Assembly (NCBI RefSeq): GCF_009914755.1
Contig: NC_060933.1
DNA length: 64,000 nucleotides
Reading direction: 5' to 3' (one strand)
Origin: the human T2T-CHM13v2.0 reference genome, Homo sapiens
The notes beneath the pieces were generated by a model that had not been told where the DNA came from, ran no database searches, and saw only the letters and a list, made by a program, of their open reading frames with translations. Both the position numbers and the translations under genes were made by a program. Positions 41,388 to 55,800 of the stretch are shown in pieces (positions within the stretch are counted from its first letter, which is position 1; each line of letters starts with the position of its first letter).

Positions 41388-43831
41388 CACAGTTTCTTTG
41401 TAGACTCGTTGATTGATGGACATTTGGGTTGGTTCCACATTTTTGCAATTGCGAATTGTGCTGCTATAAGCATGTGTGAGCCAGTATTTTCCTTTTCCTC
41501 TGGGTAGAAACCAAGTAGTGGGATTGCTGGATCAAATGGTAGTTCTACTTTTAGTTCTTTAAGGAATCTCCACACTGTTTTCCATAGTGGTTGTACTAGT
41601 TTACATTCCCACCAGCTGTGTAGAAGTGTTCCCTTTTCACTGCATCCGTGCCAACATCTACTATTTTTTTCTTATGGCCATTCTTGCAGGAGTAAGGTAG
41701 TATTGCATTGTGGTTTTTATTTGCATTTCCCTGATCATTAGTGATGAGCATTTTTTCATAAGTTTCTGGACATTTGTATATCTTCCTTTGAGAATTGTCT
41801 ATTCATGTCCTCAGCCCAGTTTTTTACGGGATTTTTTTTTCTTGCTGATTTGTTTGAGTTTATTGTAGATGCTGGATATTAGTCCTTTGTCAGATGCAGA
41901 GATTATGAAGATTTTCTCCCACTCTGTGGGTTGTCTGTTTACTTTGCTGGGGTGTTTCCTTGATGTGGTACTCTTCCCCTTTTCCTATGGATGTGGCTTC
42001 CTGAGAACTGAGCTGTCGCTATTGCTATCTCTCTTTTGGGTCTAGCCACCCAGCAAGTAGGCTTGCTGGTACTGAGGGTTTTCTGCACAGAGTCCTGTGA
42101 TGTGAACCATTTATGGGTCTCTCAGCCGTGGATGCCAGCACAGTATTTGGGGTGTCTCTCGGGTCCTGCAGGAGCAATCTACTTCCTTCAGAGGGTCTGT
42201 GGGTCCTCTCAGGTTTCCTGATTTATTCCTGCAGTCAGTAATTCTGGAGCTAAAATTCGTGATGTGAGTCTCCACATGCTGCTCTGTTCATCTGAGTCAG
42301 AGCTGCAATCTAGTCTTTCCTCCTGTCTGCCATGATAGAATCAAAAGATCAAACTATCCTCTAATTCAACACTAATTTTGGACTCAGTGGAGGACTCCTA
42401 TAATCCCATTTTCCTATCCGTTATTTTGATTCTAGTTCTTTATTCCAAAGACATTACAGTTGTTTCCCCACATTGAAAGGTAAAACATGGAATGTTAGAA
42501 TAAAGATAGACTTTGGAATTATAAGAAAATAAGGTTCAATTTTGCCTTTGATTCTTACCAGAGATGTAATATTGGTTAATTTACCAATTCTTGTTCAGTA
42601 AAATTTTTCTCTCATCATTATTGCTATCATTTAGTGAGGAAAAAATACACGGTAGGTCTTTTCTAGAAAATTATAAACATCTCAATTAATTTTCATAACA
42701 CCACTATGAGGCAGATATTGTCATCTGTATATTTTATCTAAGGAAACTGAGTCTCAGGAAACTATATAATTCTTTTATTTTCATGCAGTAAATGCCAGAG
42801 TCAATATTCAAACTCAGCCTTCTATATTCCTTTCTGTCAATATCAGATTCCTCTTATCTTGGAAGCATGTTGTGAGAATTTAGTAAGATAATCTAGTATA
42901 TTTTCAGGCATTTAGCAAATACCTGCAAATATTGGTATCCTGTTTAACCTTCTTCATTCTACTTCTAGTCATTTGCTAATTTCTGCTTTTTATGTCTCTT
43001 TTAGCATTGTTTTCTCTTATATTTCTCATTGTTTTCCTTATTCTGGATATTGCTTTTTCCTTGAATTATTTTTTGTGGCCCTACTTCCTAGCTTTCCCTC
43101 ATTTTCCCTCTACTAAGTTATCCTCCATATTCTAATATATAGCTCTGGCCATATGACTACTTCCAAATCCTCCTTCTCTTAAGGCTTTTCAGAAACCTAG
43201 ACTAACTCCCCATTACTTACAAAGAAGGTTTTAATGTCTTAGCATCACTTTTAGAGCCCTCCCAAAAGTGACCATGCACGACTGTTCCAAGCTTAGTTAT
43301 ATTCATAAGAGCAAACTAACTACTCTCACTCTCCTTGAGCAAAGAGTAGAGGTGTATGCATATGTCTGAGTGTGCTTCTCTAATATTTCTCACACTATTA
43401 TTTTCATCTGATGTGTCTTCCCTTTCACTCCCCAGTCCTGATGTTGCCTGCCATTTCTACCCATAAGTTTTAAAAAACCAGTTGAAAACTAGTTATTTCA
43501 TGAAGCCTCTCCTGTTCTTAGCCATAATCTTTCTTCTAACTTCCATTCATAGAACTTTGAAATTCTATTATATTACTTACAATGTTTTTCTTATACTAAA
43601 ATTGGTTATGTCTACATATTCCTCTAGTGTTAAGTTTATCTCCCTTGAAGATAGACATCATGTCTTGTTCATCTTTTTAATTTTTTTGCAGGACTATGAA
43701 CAATACCATACATCTAGCATAATCTTAATAAATGGAATTTAAGTAAATGGATGCTCAAAGAAGAGACATTCTGGAAAAGGGAAAAGAGCAAAAGCTTTGG
43801 AAATAGTCAGAAATGGTTTCAATAATACATC

Positions 43832-44162
43832 TGCCAGGTGCCCTGGCTCTTGACTATAATCCTAGCACTTTGGAAGGCTGAGGTGGGCAGATTGCTTGAA
43901 CCCAGGAGTTTGAGACCAGGCTGGGCAACATGGCAAAACGCTGTCTCTACAAAAAAATACAAAAATTATCTGAGTATGGTGGCACACGCATGTAGTCCAG
44001 CTACTTGAGAGACTGAGGTGGGAGGATCACCTGAGCCTGGGCAGGTCAAGGCTGCAGTGAGCCGTGATCATACCACTGTACTCCAGCCTGGGCAATGGAG
44101 TGAGACCTTGTCTCTCATTCTCTCTCTCTCTCTCTCTCTCTTTCTCTTTCTCTCTCAATAAT
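43832..44162 (+). mobile_element. AluJ with (TC)n-converted tail, inside a MIR
   Basis: J-type right arm; TSD aataata(c/t)atct at 43821-43832 and 44163-44174. Confidence 0.9.
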
Positions 44163-44456
44163 AATAATATATCTGCCACTTAACAGCTTAGTTAGGCCTT
44201 TGCTTTTATATCTGTAAATGGGGACAGTAGTGTCTATCTCAGATGATAAGTGGTAAGATTGAGGTCGTATATACAACAGCATATAAAAGTAGTGAACACT
44301 ATAGCATGTGATGTATGGTAGGCCCTGTTCTAAGCACTTTGCCTGTTGATTCATTTAATCCTTGTTATAGCCTTATGAAGTAAATACTATTATAAGCTTA
44401 TCTTTAGAATGAACAAACTGAGGTTGAGAGATATTAAGTATCTTGCCCAAAGTAAC

Positions 44457-44791
44457 TGCTGTAGTTTGAGTGTGTCCCTTCCAAAATTCAGGTGTTGTAA
44501 CTGTGATAGTGTTAAGCAGTTGGGCCTTTATAAGATGATTAGGCCAAGAAAGCTGGTTTCCTTGTTAATGGGATTATGCCCTTTTCTAAAAAGTCTTCCT
44601 GCAAAATTCAGCCAGCTTGCTGTTCTGCTTTCTGCCATCGGAGGACACAGCAAAAAGGCCCTCAGCAGACCAAATGCCAGCACCTTGATCTTGGATTTCC
44701 CAGCCTTTAGAATTGTGACAAATATATTTCTGTTATTCATAAATTACACACTGTCACATATTTTGGTGTAGGAGCACAAAATGGACTGATA
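44457..44791 (+). mobile_element. MSTD/MSTC-like MaLR solo LTR inside a MIR
   Basis: tgctgtagtttgagtgtgtccct...gccagcaccttgatcttggatttcccagcc...atggactga; TSD gtaac/gtaag. Confidence 0.8.
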
Positions 44792-46145
44792 GTAAGTGAA
44801 AGAACTAAGATTTGAATTCAAGAAGTCAGGCTATAGAAAGCATGTGTTTCAGCATTCCATCTTGGTAGTCTACTTTCCTTCTTTATAAGTTAAGAATAGT
44901 TTTTATCTAAAAATAAATTGAAAGGGGCTCATTTATCAAGTGCTTGTAATGAATGTCAGTGACCCAGGTAGAATATGGTCTCTGCCCCTAACAAGGTCTC
45001 AGAATCATGGGGGAAGTGGGCAGGTAAACAGTGTGACAAATCCTGTGGCAGCAGTATGCACAACGTGCTATGAGAAAACAAACATATCTCCTAGTCAGCA
45101 AGGTTTTTCTTTTCAGGGTGTTTTTACTTTTATAGAAGACTTTCTTCTCTCTGTTTCTGAGGCCACAAAAATGAAGTGACTTAGAGCAGTCTTCACATGA
45201 GGTTTAGGACTCCAGGTGCTAAATAGTCTACGATTTCCAAAGCTTCATATTTTTATCCTTGTCTGTGTTATTTAGCTCTTCGACTTTTTCAAATCAGATG
45301 GGCTACTTAATGAATTGTCATCTGTAGATCAAATGAAACTGGAGGGGAGACAGTTTTGATATTTTTCTATTCAGGCTCCAGTAAGGAAAGTGCTGTATAT
45401 CTGAAACAAGATAGTGGGTGAACACATCTGGCTTTTTGAGCTTGTGTTATAAATAGAATATCAAACGAGTTAAGAGAAATAGCCATGTAGCTATGAGGCT
45501 CTGTGCAACAGGATTTAATGTCAAAAATGGTTCATATTATGATTATTTTTTTCACCACTCTATCCTCATCAAGTGTCTGAAAGATACCAGGAAGCAAATA
45601 CACAGAAATAGGTATATATTTCAATAGTAATTATCCAGGCTAATTAAAAGTAAAATCTTGTATATAGAAAGAGAATATTATCTGGCAACCAGCCAACCAC
45701 AGAGTACCAGTTTTGTCAGCGTAGCTCATTTTCTTTCAGAATGTGATATGTCTAGAAATAAACCTTGAAGAAAAATGTGAGATGGGGAAGAGAATGAAGA
45801 AAAAAGGTCTTGTTTAGTATAGGAACCTGTCCATCTCTTGATGCTTGCCATATGTGCTTTGTTTTTATATCACCAGTTTGCATATTTATCATGGTTTCTA
45901 CATATTGATTTGCAGTTTTCACACTCAGCCTCTTACATTTCTCTCAGTATATAGGTAGACACCCTGTCACAGTGAGGGGAGTTCTACTTGCTGTTTAATG
46001 GGTTTCTCATAGTCAGTGATAGATTGAGCATTTGTGATATTCCAGGAGTAGAGGTCTCAACAAGTCAGAATTACTCCAAAAGCTACCCCAGGAGGAGTGG
46101 AAACCCTTTACAAGAGTGTAATATCTCTATTTAAGTATGTCTTCT

Positions 46146-46436
46146 TGCCAGGAGTGGTGTCTCACATCCATAATTCAAGCACTTTGAGAGGCAGAGGCAG
46201 GAAGATCACTTGAGACCAAGAATTCAAGACCAGCCTGGGTAACATAGAAAGACTTCATCTTAACAAAAAATAAAAAATTAGTCAGGCATGTGGTGTACAC
46301 CTGTAGTCGTAGATACTAGGGAGGCTGAGGTGGGAGGATCACTTGAGGCCAGGAGTTTGAGGCTGTGGTGACCTATGATTGCACCACTGCACTTTAGCCT
46401 GCGTGACAGAGCAAGGCTCTGTCTCAAAAAAAAGAA
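46146..46436 (+). mobile_element. AluJ
   Basis: Diverged dimer; degenerate TSD aagtatgtcttctt / aagtgtatcttctt. Confidence 0.9.
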
Positions 46437-46591
46437 AAGTGTATCTTCTTTATATTTAAGACATCAGAAAAATACCACATCAAAAAAAATCATGTGCTTT
46501 ACGATTTTTGCTCCTCATTTTCCTAAATCCAAGTTGAAGTGTGAGGTATGACTTGATGAGGTAAGACACATTGAGCGTCGTGTGGTTCAAT

Positions 46592-46765
46592 AGAGCAGTG
46601 GTGTCTACGCTAAGATGAATATCAGAATTACGTTAGGTGCTTCTGAAAAAAAATACTAGGGCCTCACCCCAAATATATTAATTCTGTTGGTCATGGGTAC
46701 AATATACAGTTTGAAAGCTCTTCTAGTGATTTTAATGATCAAGCACATTTAAAACCATTGCAGTT
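46592..46765. mobile_element. MER5A-like hAT DNA transposon
   Basis: cagtggtgtct...atcagaattac...gggcctcacccca...agtgattttaatg...aaaaccattg. Confidence 0.6.
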
Positions 46766-47249
46766 ATGAGCTTAGTATCTTTAAAGTGTCACACGATTCT
46801 ACTATGCAGCTAGGAATGAGAGCTTCTGTTTTAGGAGTTGGAAAGTTAAATGTAGGGATAAAGTGTGGTATAACATGAGTATTGGACTAAACTAAATAGA
46901 GGTATCTAAAGACCAGAGAGAGAAGGTAGTAGATTTGGAGTCAGCAATGTATAAAGCTCCTTCCTCTTTAAATCTCTAAGGCTTTAAGTAGCATTAAGAT
47001 CAATAATCCTACAAAACATTTCATTTATCACTGATGTCCATCAAGCTATATATCTATATCGGCATGGTCGTCAGAGATGGGGAATATGCCAGACATTTTG
47101 GAGATGAAAGAGAATGCAAAGGGATTTCCATATTTGTCCAAAACCAGGGAGGGTGGAGGTGTTGGGGGATAATGGATGAAACTCACTTTTACTGAGTAGC
47201 TGCTATGTTCCAAGTATTTTGCTACTTAATAAGTGCTACTGATGAAAAT

Positions 47250-47495
47250 CATAGTAGTAACTAACACTTTTATGGTGCTTATGTGCCAGACACTGTTCTT
47301 AAGTACTTTATCTGTACTAATTGAATACTTACAAAAACTTTACAAAGTAGAAACCATTACATTTCCCTATTTAAAGATGAAGCAACTGAAGCACAAATAG
47401 GTATGTAACTTGCTCTAACATCACAGAGCTAGATGGTAGCAGAGTTTAGATTCAAGTAATGGCAGACCAGATCCTGATTCTCTGCTTTTAACCAC
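47250..47495 (-). mobile_element. MIR
   Basis: tatgtgccagacactgttct...atttaaagatgaagcaactgaagcaca...gtaacttgctc...ctttaaccact. Confidence 0.75.
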
Positions 47496-49211
47496 TTTCA
47501 ATAAGTGGACTTAGTTGATGAGTCTAGAATTCGTGTATAGGTGGATAAAAGAAAGATTGAACCGCTTTCTGAGGAATACACAGAATTCTGGCTGATGGGA
47601 GGGCTGGACACTGATGGTGATCACATGACTCATTAGTGTGCCTCTGAACTAAGCTCTTTTCTTAAAACAAACCGTAGACATAGGCAAAGAAAGCAGTCAT
47701 TATGGATAGATTGTAAGAGCATTATTTAATTGTGAGGCCATTCTCTTAAATTTATCAGTGACATGATTTATTTTCCTATATCCTTCATTCTTAGCACACA
47801 CACAAATCTCCTTTCTAGACATTTGACTCTTGTTTAGTTTAATTTTTCCTTTCCATGTGCTATTTTTCTACCTATCACCTCAGGCACAAATACAAAAGGT
47901 CAAACCAAAAAATAAACACCCTGTGTGATATCCAGTAAAGTCAAAACAATGTAACAGAAGATATCCATCTTTATTCTTTTATGGCACATAATACATTCAT
48001 TTTCACTATCTCCAATTTGGTCATCTATCTATGTCATTGTGGGCTTGCTGTAATCATCAAAGAGTAAGAGGTAGACATGTTTTACATGCATCAGCTGGCT
48101 AGATACCCTATATCTTTTATGGTATGAACACACAAGTAAGAAATTCAAGCCAACAAACAAAAATCCTGCCATCTTCATCAGCAACTAACCAATGTGCACA
48201 CTTGGGTGGAGATCCCACCTTTCACCTATGACCTGGGAATTTTTAGATGGCTCCAGTTTCTTTTAGTCACCCTTATCCTGATTTCCTGTTTTCTTCCGAA
48301 TTTTTAAAATCTCTCCTGTGTACCTCATTTCCTAACCTTTCGTTTTATGTGCATTGAACCTATTCTTGCATTTTCCCCAAAGCAATATTAGCAAAGGTAT
48401 TTCTGTACCTCATGATTTTACCGAGGGCTTAGGAGCATCAGAAGTAGGTTATGTTGCCTCCTAGTACTGCAAATGGACAATGTTTACATTTTAGATGTCC
48501 CTGTTTTTAAAGCCCCTAGGCGTGACCGCTAAGGTATTTCACAATAACCATCTTTTACTCAGGGTCTTCATCCTCCTGCTTTCTTGACAGGCAGCTTCTC
48601 TTCTTCTTACGGTGTGTCACAGCTACCCAAATTCTCATTTTTCCTGTCATTTTTTCATGTCTTATTTGTGAGTTCTTGGAAAAGTAGGCTGTGGGGATTT
48701 GCCACATGACAACCTTTCCTTCATCTGCAAAGAGGTGGACTTGAAGTACTATCAGTACTCTTAGAACAGAGATCTCATGGCCTGGACTATTCCATTTCCA
48801 AAAGATCTTGTACATAAGTTCCAACAGATGAGAAAATGATAACATGAGGTGTCCTGGAAAATGTTCACATCTTCCTCTAGGATATGGGAAATATGCAGGC
48901 TTGCTATTTTGAATTATTTCTTTTAGAGAATAGAGGAGGCAAGTCTCTCAGTGGCCCACATGAGAAATAAGAAGTTATAATTGGAAGTTACTCTGCACAA
49001 TTATCCTGGTTATAAAAGAAAGTACTGAGTCACCTCCCTACTGGGGAAGGTTATGTTTGCGGAGTTTTGACTATAAAGTAACCTCCCTTTGCCTAGTCAA
49101 CTCAATCCAGAGGGCAAGGGTCTTCGCTGTTCTGAGTTTTGTAAGCAAAAAAAGAAATCTTACCAGCAGATTGCTGGGACAGCTTTACAGGTAATATCTG
49201 ATTATTCTTTA

Positions 49212-50105
49212 ATCCAGAATCTACAAGGAACTTAAACAAATTCACAAGAAAGAAAACAACCCCATCAAAAAGTGGGTGAAGGATATGAACAGACACTTCT
49301 CAGAAGAAGACATTTATGCGGTCAACAAACATATGAAAAAAAGCTCATCCATGGTCATTACAGAAATGCAAATGAAAACCACAATGAGATATCATCTCAT
49401 GCCAATCAGAATGGCAATCATTAAAAAGTCAGGAAACAACAGATGCTGGAAAGGATGTGGAGAAATAGGAACGCTTTTACACTGTTGGTAGAAGTGTAAA
49501 TTAGTTCAACCATTATGGAAGACAGTGTGGTGATTCCTCAAGGATCTAGAATCAGAAATACCATTTGACCCAGCAATCCCATTACTGGGTATACACTCAA
49601 AGGATTATAAATCATTCTACCATAAAGACACATGCACACGTATGTTTATTGCAGCACTATTCACAATAGCAAAGACTTGGAACCAACCCAAATGCCCATC
49701 AATGATAGACTGGATAAAGAAAATGTGGCACATATACACAATGGGATACTATGCAGCCATAAAAAAGGATGAGTTCATATCCTTTGCAGGGACGTGGATG
49801 AAGCTGGAAATCATCATTCTCAGCAAACTAACACGGGAACAGAAAACCAAACACTGCATGTTCTCACTCGTAAGTGGGAGTTGAACAATGAGAACACATG
49901 GACACAGGGAGGGCAACATCACACACCAGGGCCTGTTGGGAGCTGAGGAGCTAGGGGAGGGATAGCATTAGGAGAAATACCTAATGTGGATGACAAGTTG
50001 ATGGGTGCAGCAAACCACCACGGCACGTGTATACCTATGTAACAAACCTGCATGTTCTGCACATGTATCTCAGAGCTTAAAGTATAATAATAATTTTTTA
50101 AAAAA
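49212..50105 (+). mobile_element. 5'-truncated L1PA7-like element (ORF2 C-terminus plus 3' UTR)
   Basis: ORF track [14 protein letters not shown] and [20 protein letters not shown]; 3' UTR gggatagcattaggagaaatacctaatgt...aaagtataat. Confidence 0.92.
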
Positions 50106-52764
50106 GAAACGAGACTGTTGAAAAACCTTTCTGACTGGTATCTATGTGTTGGAGTTGTAAATCTTTTACTCAATGCCTCAAGAAAAGAATCAACTAATTA
50201 TCTATGGCTTTGGCAAGAAATCTTCGCTGATATTTGTCTAAAGCTTTCTAAAACTTGCCCCAAGCCCCAAAGTCCAAGTCCAACTTTCATTTGCAAAGTA
50301 ATTCAGAGCTCCCTTATTTCTTCCTTACTTCCCAGTCCTTTCTCTGTGCTATTCTTTTCACTTCATAATCATTCATCAAGAGGTTTAGTGAAACAAAAAA
50401 CACCTCTCACCATTTGATTCATTCTATGTCTACTTTCTATAATATAAATAACTATTTTACCCCTCCATGTTACAGAGTCATGATGCACTGCACTGCACCT
50501 TTACATTTGAAATTGCAGTCTCCCTCCTGAGCCTACTTTTTGTTACATTCGTTATAACATATCTTCCTTTTCCTCCTCATTATTCTTTTGGTAGCCATTT
50601 TTTTAAAGCACTTTCCTACCCTATTTAAATATTTTCATCTGAAAGATCAGAAGTCTTCAGAGTATTTTGAGACGCATTGGCTGAACCTATTCCCCCACTT
50701 CCCCACCTCCCAAAAAATGTGAGTAGAGACAATGTAGCTTGAACATTTATTTGGGCTTCCAAAATTGAATTGAGGAAAACACCCAAGGTGCCTGCTGCCT
50801 GCTCAATTTCTTGACCAACCTACACTATTTTGTGAAATACACTAAATGAATTGATTTCATACCACCGTTGGGAAAGAATAAACAATGATAGGGTTTAAAT
50901 AATGAAACATTAATATGGAAAAAATTATTGAGGTGTATGAAGCTTATCGCTTTGAAAAATATTTTAATCATAGTAGACAAAAACATGCTCTTGATATAAC
51001 CACTCTTGTGAACATTTCTCTTAGAATTTGGTTAAAAAGAAATATTCCTTCAGATGAAAGGAGGGGCTTCCCTGTTTTCTTTATTTTACCATTAAAATGA
51101 CAAATGGGATGTTATGAAGCATCTGATATCACTTTTTATCATGTTTGATGTCCTAACAATTATTGTTCGTTTATAGTTATCAGAATCATAACTGCAATAC
51201 ATTTTTGTGTAAACTGCCTTGATGATTACACACAGTACTGGCTAAAGAGACTTAATCAAAATTACCCAACATCCGGCTGAACTGTTGACTTTGGCCTGGT
51301 AAATTTTTTTTTTTTTTTTTTTTTTTGCCATTTAGGGTTAAACATTTCTTTTTTGACTTACTTTTCGGTGACCAGATAGTTAATTCTAAGTGAAACAGAC
51401 AAATAAAGCAGAAGTGTGTTAGGTAGAAAATTGTGAAATTTTCATAAGAAAATTTGTGAATTCCATAAGAGCAATACACCAGTCTTAATATTAAATCCAA
51501 TCTGTCCTAAGGAAATGCCAGATATGTTTTTGAATCACCAAAATGAAATAATGATAGTTAAAAAGGTAAGTTGAAAATAAAGAATTTTTAAGAGACCCCA
51601 AAACCCGAAGGAAGGAAAGCAACTGTGGTTAGGAGAAATAATAGCTCTACCTATTAATTAGGGATAAATAACTTCAGCAAGTACTCCTTTAAAGTTTTTT
51701 CTGTAAAGTAGGGGACTAGAGCATGCAACTATTCTAAAGTATCTTTCAGTGAATTAGTTTCCATCTTTAAGTAGTTATATAATAGTATAAATAAAATAAT
51801 GAATACAGTATTAATATTAATGATGAGAATTAATAGTGGAACTCATTTGGTAAATCTATTCTAATTGATACCAGTACAAGGCTCAGACTTAACAGAAATA
51901 AATGATTAAAGGATTAACAAAAATCTCTTCAAAGGAATCTCTTTTTTGTTGCAAATAAAAGCAGGTTTAAAATTCTCTCTGTGTTCAAAAGTCAATTATT
52001 GCCAATTTTACAGGCTCCTCAAACATGAGATTTTCATTTAGCAGAGCCAACTTTACTCTGTCTGCCAAAAGCCCATAAAATGGCCCTTTTCCATCTGGTA
52101 AATGTTCCACAATGAAATTAGAACTGTTGGAAAATAATGGAAATCTATGGACATGTGTATACTGTTACTGAGACGTGAAAATTTGTTAGTGATATCTGAT
52201 ATAAATTACTTATTTAAGTGCCATTGTTAACTCTTGTAGGTCAGTAAAGCCTGAGTTCTATATTAGAGTTCATGCAATTTCCTAACTTCAGGTAGAAGTT
52301 ATTCAAACCATTCCAGAAAATAGGATGCCCCATGTAATCAAATAGTGATTCTTAAATATGTGTGATGAGTGTCATTAATCCCTTGGAAGAACAAATGAGA
52401 AGTATTGATTTTCAACCCAGAAAAAAAGATGCTATATAAAAAAATAGAAGCAACTTCAGCAGTTAGATTTAAAAAAACACTATTCCAAAAAGGTTTTTGA
52501 AAGAGGGATTTTATAGAGTCCCTTAAAAATATATTTAACATTTCTCAAAAGGAAACTCTTTTTTAAGCTCAACATGTAAATTTAAATAATTTCCCATAGA
52601 TTCATTTACTCAACTCTATATTACTGGCATTTCCCCCTTTGAAGATATAAACAAATTTCTCATATAATTTTTTACTACCTGGTGAATGGGCCACAAAGGA
52701 GATAGCTCAACTAGTAAAAATGGTTTGCCTTTTCCCATGTACCGAGAAAAAAAAATCAAAATTA

Positions 52765-52799
52765 TATATATATATATTATATGTGTATATATGTGTGTC

Positions 52800-52830
<31 letters not shown>
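52765..52830. repeat. (TA)/(TG) compound microsatellite
   Basis: Visible atatatat and gtgtgtgt runs. Confidence 0.9.
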
Positions 52831-52834
<4 letters not shown>

Positions 52835-55800
52835 TGTATGCGCCCATAATTCAGGGAAATGAGTTGGCATGTGCATAATGTAGATATGATTATAAGCTTG
52901 AGAGAAGAAAAGATAGTTTTAATATATGAATTTTAAATTTATAAAATGTAAATATGTATGTGTATGTTAGCTCTTGCCTCCTAGCTCCTTGTCAGGAAGA
53001 GAAAACCCCAAAACTCTTATCCTCTGAATCATAAAAAAAAACTTATTTTATCAGATGTTCTTAATTGAAGTAAAATGATCCCCAAGGGTAGAAAGAACTC
53101 ATGAAAGTTCACAGAGGAGGAAAAATTCTGAGCTAGATAAGAAAAGGACAAGGAGCTGGCCACTGATAAAATTAAAATGTATGGAAACAATTAGTTACTA
53201 TTCCCTAAAACAGCAAATTGGCTTTCTGAAGATGCTTTGGGGAATTTCAATTTGTTTGAACCTGTAAATGCTCAATTTGATCGTAAGCTCAGTGAATATT
53301 TCCTAAAAGTTTCTGTAGTGCCTTGTTTTCTAACTGTATTGAAGAAACTATCAATCTGAAGGTTTTCTCTCCTCTTTGAGGGACTGGTTTCACATGATGA
53401 TGACAAGAAGTCTTTTCAAACTTTATGCTCAGAGAAACCACAAGATGGGCTGTACTGGCAGCTGCTCTGGAGAGCAGACTTTGCAGTAGACTGTGAACAT
53501 CATTTCTCCTCTTTCACAGCATGGGGAATTCCAGCTCTTTCTGAAATCTGTTCAAAATATTCCTGTCTTTCTATTTTACCTCCAAACCGACTCATTTTCA
53601 GACCTGCCCTTGGTTACCTTTGATTGACAGATATAGGCTTTGGAAACCATTGAAATCTTATTTAGAAAGGACTGAAATCTTATCTCAATGAATTCTTTAG
53701 TCCCTGTTTGGAGACCAAAGGCTCTATGTCAAAAGGATTATAGATACCTGTACTTGCAACTGGGGTTTCTATGGCAGATTTATAACTATTGGGTTATTTC
53801 AGGGTTTCCAAGTTAAGATCTGATGGAGAGAGGAACATAGAGAGGCAGCTCTAAGATGGACAATGCACCCATAAATTTTTTTCTGAAAATAAGAATCTCT
53901 TTTAGATATGTCATAGTTAATAAAAAAATAGAGTAATACAAATGAAGACTTAAATTGATGAGGCACATGTGTAAATTGATAAAGGAAGTTTGATGCATCA
54001 TAACATTGAAATTTATCTAAATTCAATATTGTTAAACATTCTTAAAGATCAGATGAATTATACATGAAGTATATGGATTATTTGTCCCTGGCAAACAATG
54101 GTGACATTTCTGTCTGTCACTTAGCATGACAAGGTTAGCATGTTTTATTCAAAACTTTTAAACAGTAAAATGATTTGTATGCATTACTCTTGCTTTGGAC
54201 TGTCAGGGAAAGCAGAAAGCAACACAGTTATTCTATGACATTGAGTCAGTATGTGCATAAAAAAATGACAGAACAGGATTGCCTCAGACATCTATAAAGC
54301 TCATACTTTGGTTTTCTAATCATCTTGTAGAAAAACAACAAAACCATAAAGGCAGAAGCATTTCCTCACATTCAAAAAAATACCATTGCATACAGGAATA
54401 TAAATATGATATTTGTAATATAATGAATGTGGGATATTTACGAGTCGGAATGGATCCCTGGAAATAGCATGCTTTGGGTTTTAAGAAAATTTAATGACAG
54501 AATATTTTTTTTTTTCAGTAAATAGGATAAGAGTCAGGCTATGTTGTCTCTTTCACAGTTAAAATATTCTGCAGTAAGGAAATAGGATGATAATTTGTGA
54601 GACCTTTGAATTTTTTGCTCTCTGTGTGCGTAGGATGGGCACATAGAAAGAGATAAATAACAGAGTAGAGGGCATTGTTCAGCTCTTAGGTAGAGACAGG
54701 GGACAGAGGACTTTAGTAATATGTTTACTATTTCTGTTACAGTTGTCTATCATTGGAGGGTGTCAATGTTAAGGCCTGATAGTGTGGTTGAGTGGCAATC
54801 CCTGAAGCAGCCCTCAGCTTGCTCCTTCTCTTTTCCCTGACTTTTCTGTGTCAAGTAAGTTAGACACCAAAGGAACCCTACACTTCACTGTTTCTGGGCT
54901 CTTCTTCCTCCTTCATGAGGTTCTAGAGCAGAAATGAGCTTTGAGGGGATTATGCTGGGATAAAATAGAACCTAGGGGTCTTGGTACGATATTAATATCT
55001 AATATCCAGAGACTAAAAGTCTTTTTTATTGTCTTTTCATTCACAAGTGACTTAGGGATGCTTTTTGAGAATATATTATGAACCAGTGACTCTGCCAGGA
55101 ATAAAATGATGTCTAAGACAAGCTTTTGACTTTGCAATGCTTACAACAGAGGAAGAAAGCTCTATAAGCAAGCAAGCACAATGCTGTGTTACAGGTGTTA
55201 TTGTGGCTAATTGTGCAGGGTGAGTGGAGAAGAAGTGGGTTACAAACAGAGAGAGGGGGCCAGAATATTATACCTTACTGTGTCCTGTTCTTCCCCTCCA
55301 TATCTTGGGAAGGTAACCACAGAGAATAGTATTTTCTTATTTCATTGCATTCAATGATATGTTTACTACAGCTTCAAACACATTAAAACCCCACCATGTG
55401 GTCACAAAATGGCATGCATTTTGTGTTTCCTCCATATCTGACCATGACTTGGAGAAAAGTAAGCTCTTTAGAGGATGTATTAATAGTTCATGATTATTAT
55501 TACAACTGCTAGATATAATTGATCATTATATATATCAACACCTAATTGATATAATTAGACAACTGGTCTAAAGAAAAGGTTGAGCTATGCATATTTTTCC
55601 TGGAATTATTTAATAGAGAATGCTTAACAAAAGAAAGAAGAAATTTTACTGTATACTCCCTGTGCTGTGATATGCATTATGTACCTTGAGCCTGGAAATC
55701 ATGAATATTAACATTTACCATACCAGCTACATGATTAGTAATTACCCTTCCATGGTGGCCCTGACAATTTATTATTATATAAATTTTGTTATGCACAATA

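Noticed and set aside
53379-53623. Open frame of about 80 codons after an acceptor-like tract (GLVSHDDDKKSF...)
   Set aside because: No convincing donor, no ATG in frame and no recognisable protein similarity
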